Below are positions 62,551 through 64,000 of a DNA stretch of 64,000 nucleotides, piece after piece (positions within the stretch are counted from its first letter, which is position 1; each line of letters begins with the position of its first letter). The DNA is taken from assembly GCF_018977255.1 (NCBI RefSeq), contig NW_024704743.1, positions 67,830,001 through 67,894,000 on the forward strand. Direction: 5' to 3'. The translations under genes were made by a program, and so were the position numbers. The stretch comes from Callorhinchus milii (lineage: Eukaryota). The notes beneath the pieces were generated by a model that made no database searches, was not told the origin of the DNA, and worked only from the letters and a program-made list of their open reading frames with translations.

Positions 62551-64000
62551 GATTATGTTGTTGCACTTTAGATCACTCCGTAGAGATAGATTCCAAGCAG
62601 TTTTCAGTGATGAGTCAATCAAACCAAAAACACTGCCACATTACACTTGAATGGATGTTACTTTTCTTAGTCTATTTGAACTTTCCAAAACAACTACTTT
62701 CTGCAGGAGGTGGATATTTTCTGATCTTCCTGATCTTCTCTGGTTCCTTATTATTATGAGTATTATTATTCTAATTATTATGATTATTCAGATTATAAAT
62801 GAGCAATTCTAAGTTGATTTTTGTGTTTACGATGTCCTCACTTCTGCAACATGGCATTTCTGACTCCCATAATTCACACCTTCTTAAGTTACAACCACAC
62901 TTCATAAAAGAAGGCTTCTGAATTAAAAATAATTTGCATAATTTTTTAAGTTTAAGACCAAAGACCTTTGAAACTAAGACGAGACGGAAACTCAGGCCTG
63001 ATATTGTATAGTGGAGGTCAACGTTCGGACACTTTGCTGATGGTCCTGTGTTTAATGAATAAGATGCCTGGCTCTGCTCAATGGGACACCTGCTTCTTCT
63101 CCTCCATATCCTCCATTGCCAAGTTTAGTAGAAAATCTGGGCTTAGTTTTCCATTTATATTGAGTCAGGTAAATTAGACATGAAAGTGTATCATTTTGTA
63201 TTGACTCTTTCATCTCGCTCTCCAGTTAGAAAAAATAAAGATTCAATTGCAGGAATCCAAATCTATTCCTCACAATTCGAATTGCCCCACCATGAAATAT
63301 GTAACTGCTTCCACCGTGAAATTGATTGCTATTCTTATTGTTTTATCAGCCTGTTTTTGTAATATGGATTCAGAATGTTGCTTTCATAGTGAATACAAAT
63401 CTGAGCCTTTGTACGTGATATAATAACTTAAAATTACAAGCAAAGTGATAAATTCTCCCCAATAATCACACAGAAATGGAGTTTAGAAATTGGCATTTCT
63501 TGATCTATGTGACTGTTTGATTAACAGGCAGGCAATGTGTTACCACTATTCAGTAGTTGGTTAATCTCCCCCAATGGACTCTGAATTTCCCACGTCTTGG
63601 TTCTTGGCGACTTGCACCTAATATTCTCTGGAATTTAGAAAGTTGGGTGTGTCATTCTAGGCAGAGTGCTCATTTCTTTCCAGAAACAGCGAAATTTTCA
63701 TGCGTATATTGCACGCATGTGTGGAACTCTCAGTCTGGTTTGGACTCTCTTAAGCATGGTGATGGGTTTCCACAAGCTGAAATTCCCATCCCTGTTCCCT
63801 ATAAGTATTCTTATCAGTAGCCTGAACCCAGATCCTAAATTGTGTGAGGCTAAGAGCACAAAACTGTTGTTTGGCAACAATTGATTTTAATTGCTCAATC
63901 ATGCAATACCTCTGGAGGCCAGGCAAAGTATTGCATTGATGAAATCAGGGTACATTCTGCATGTCGGAGCGACAAAAAGTTTTGGTGCAGTGCAGTAGAA

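Overview
Vertebrate (most likely cartilaginous fish, possibly holocephalan) non-coding DNA: a large intron or gene desert with no protein-coding gene I can recognise. It is AT-rich and densely populated with retroelements. There are two tRNA-derived SINE families ending in L2-type 3' tails: family A is older and Deu-domain/SacSINE1-like; family B is younger with a tRNA-Ala head and has long and short variants. There are also truncated L2 and CR1 LINE relics, a Penelope-type repeat fragment with a minimal hammerhead ribozyme motif (976-1012), a fold-back MITE-like element, an unclassified dispersed repeat and a perfect (ATCT)77 microsatellite. The most notable structures are several retroelement-built inverted repeats: two identical SINEs in inverted orientation 1.37 kb apart, a 271-bp hairpin of two L2 3' ends whose transitions are all G-U compatible on the + strand, and a spacer-less SINE palindrome. 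Other highlights are a 63-nt pre-miRNA-sized hairpin and covarying 3' stem-loops that link SINE subfamilies to L2 partners. Family names come from recalled consensus similarity, not database searches. Boundaries of degraded copies are approximate.
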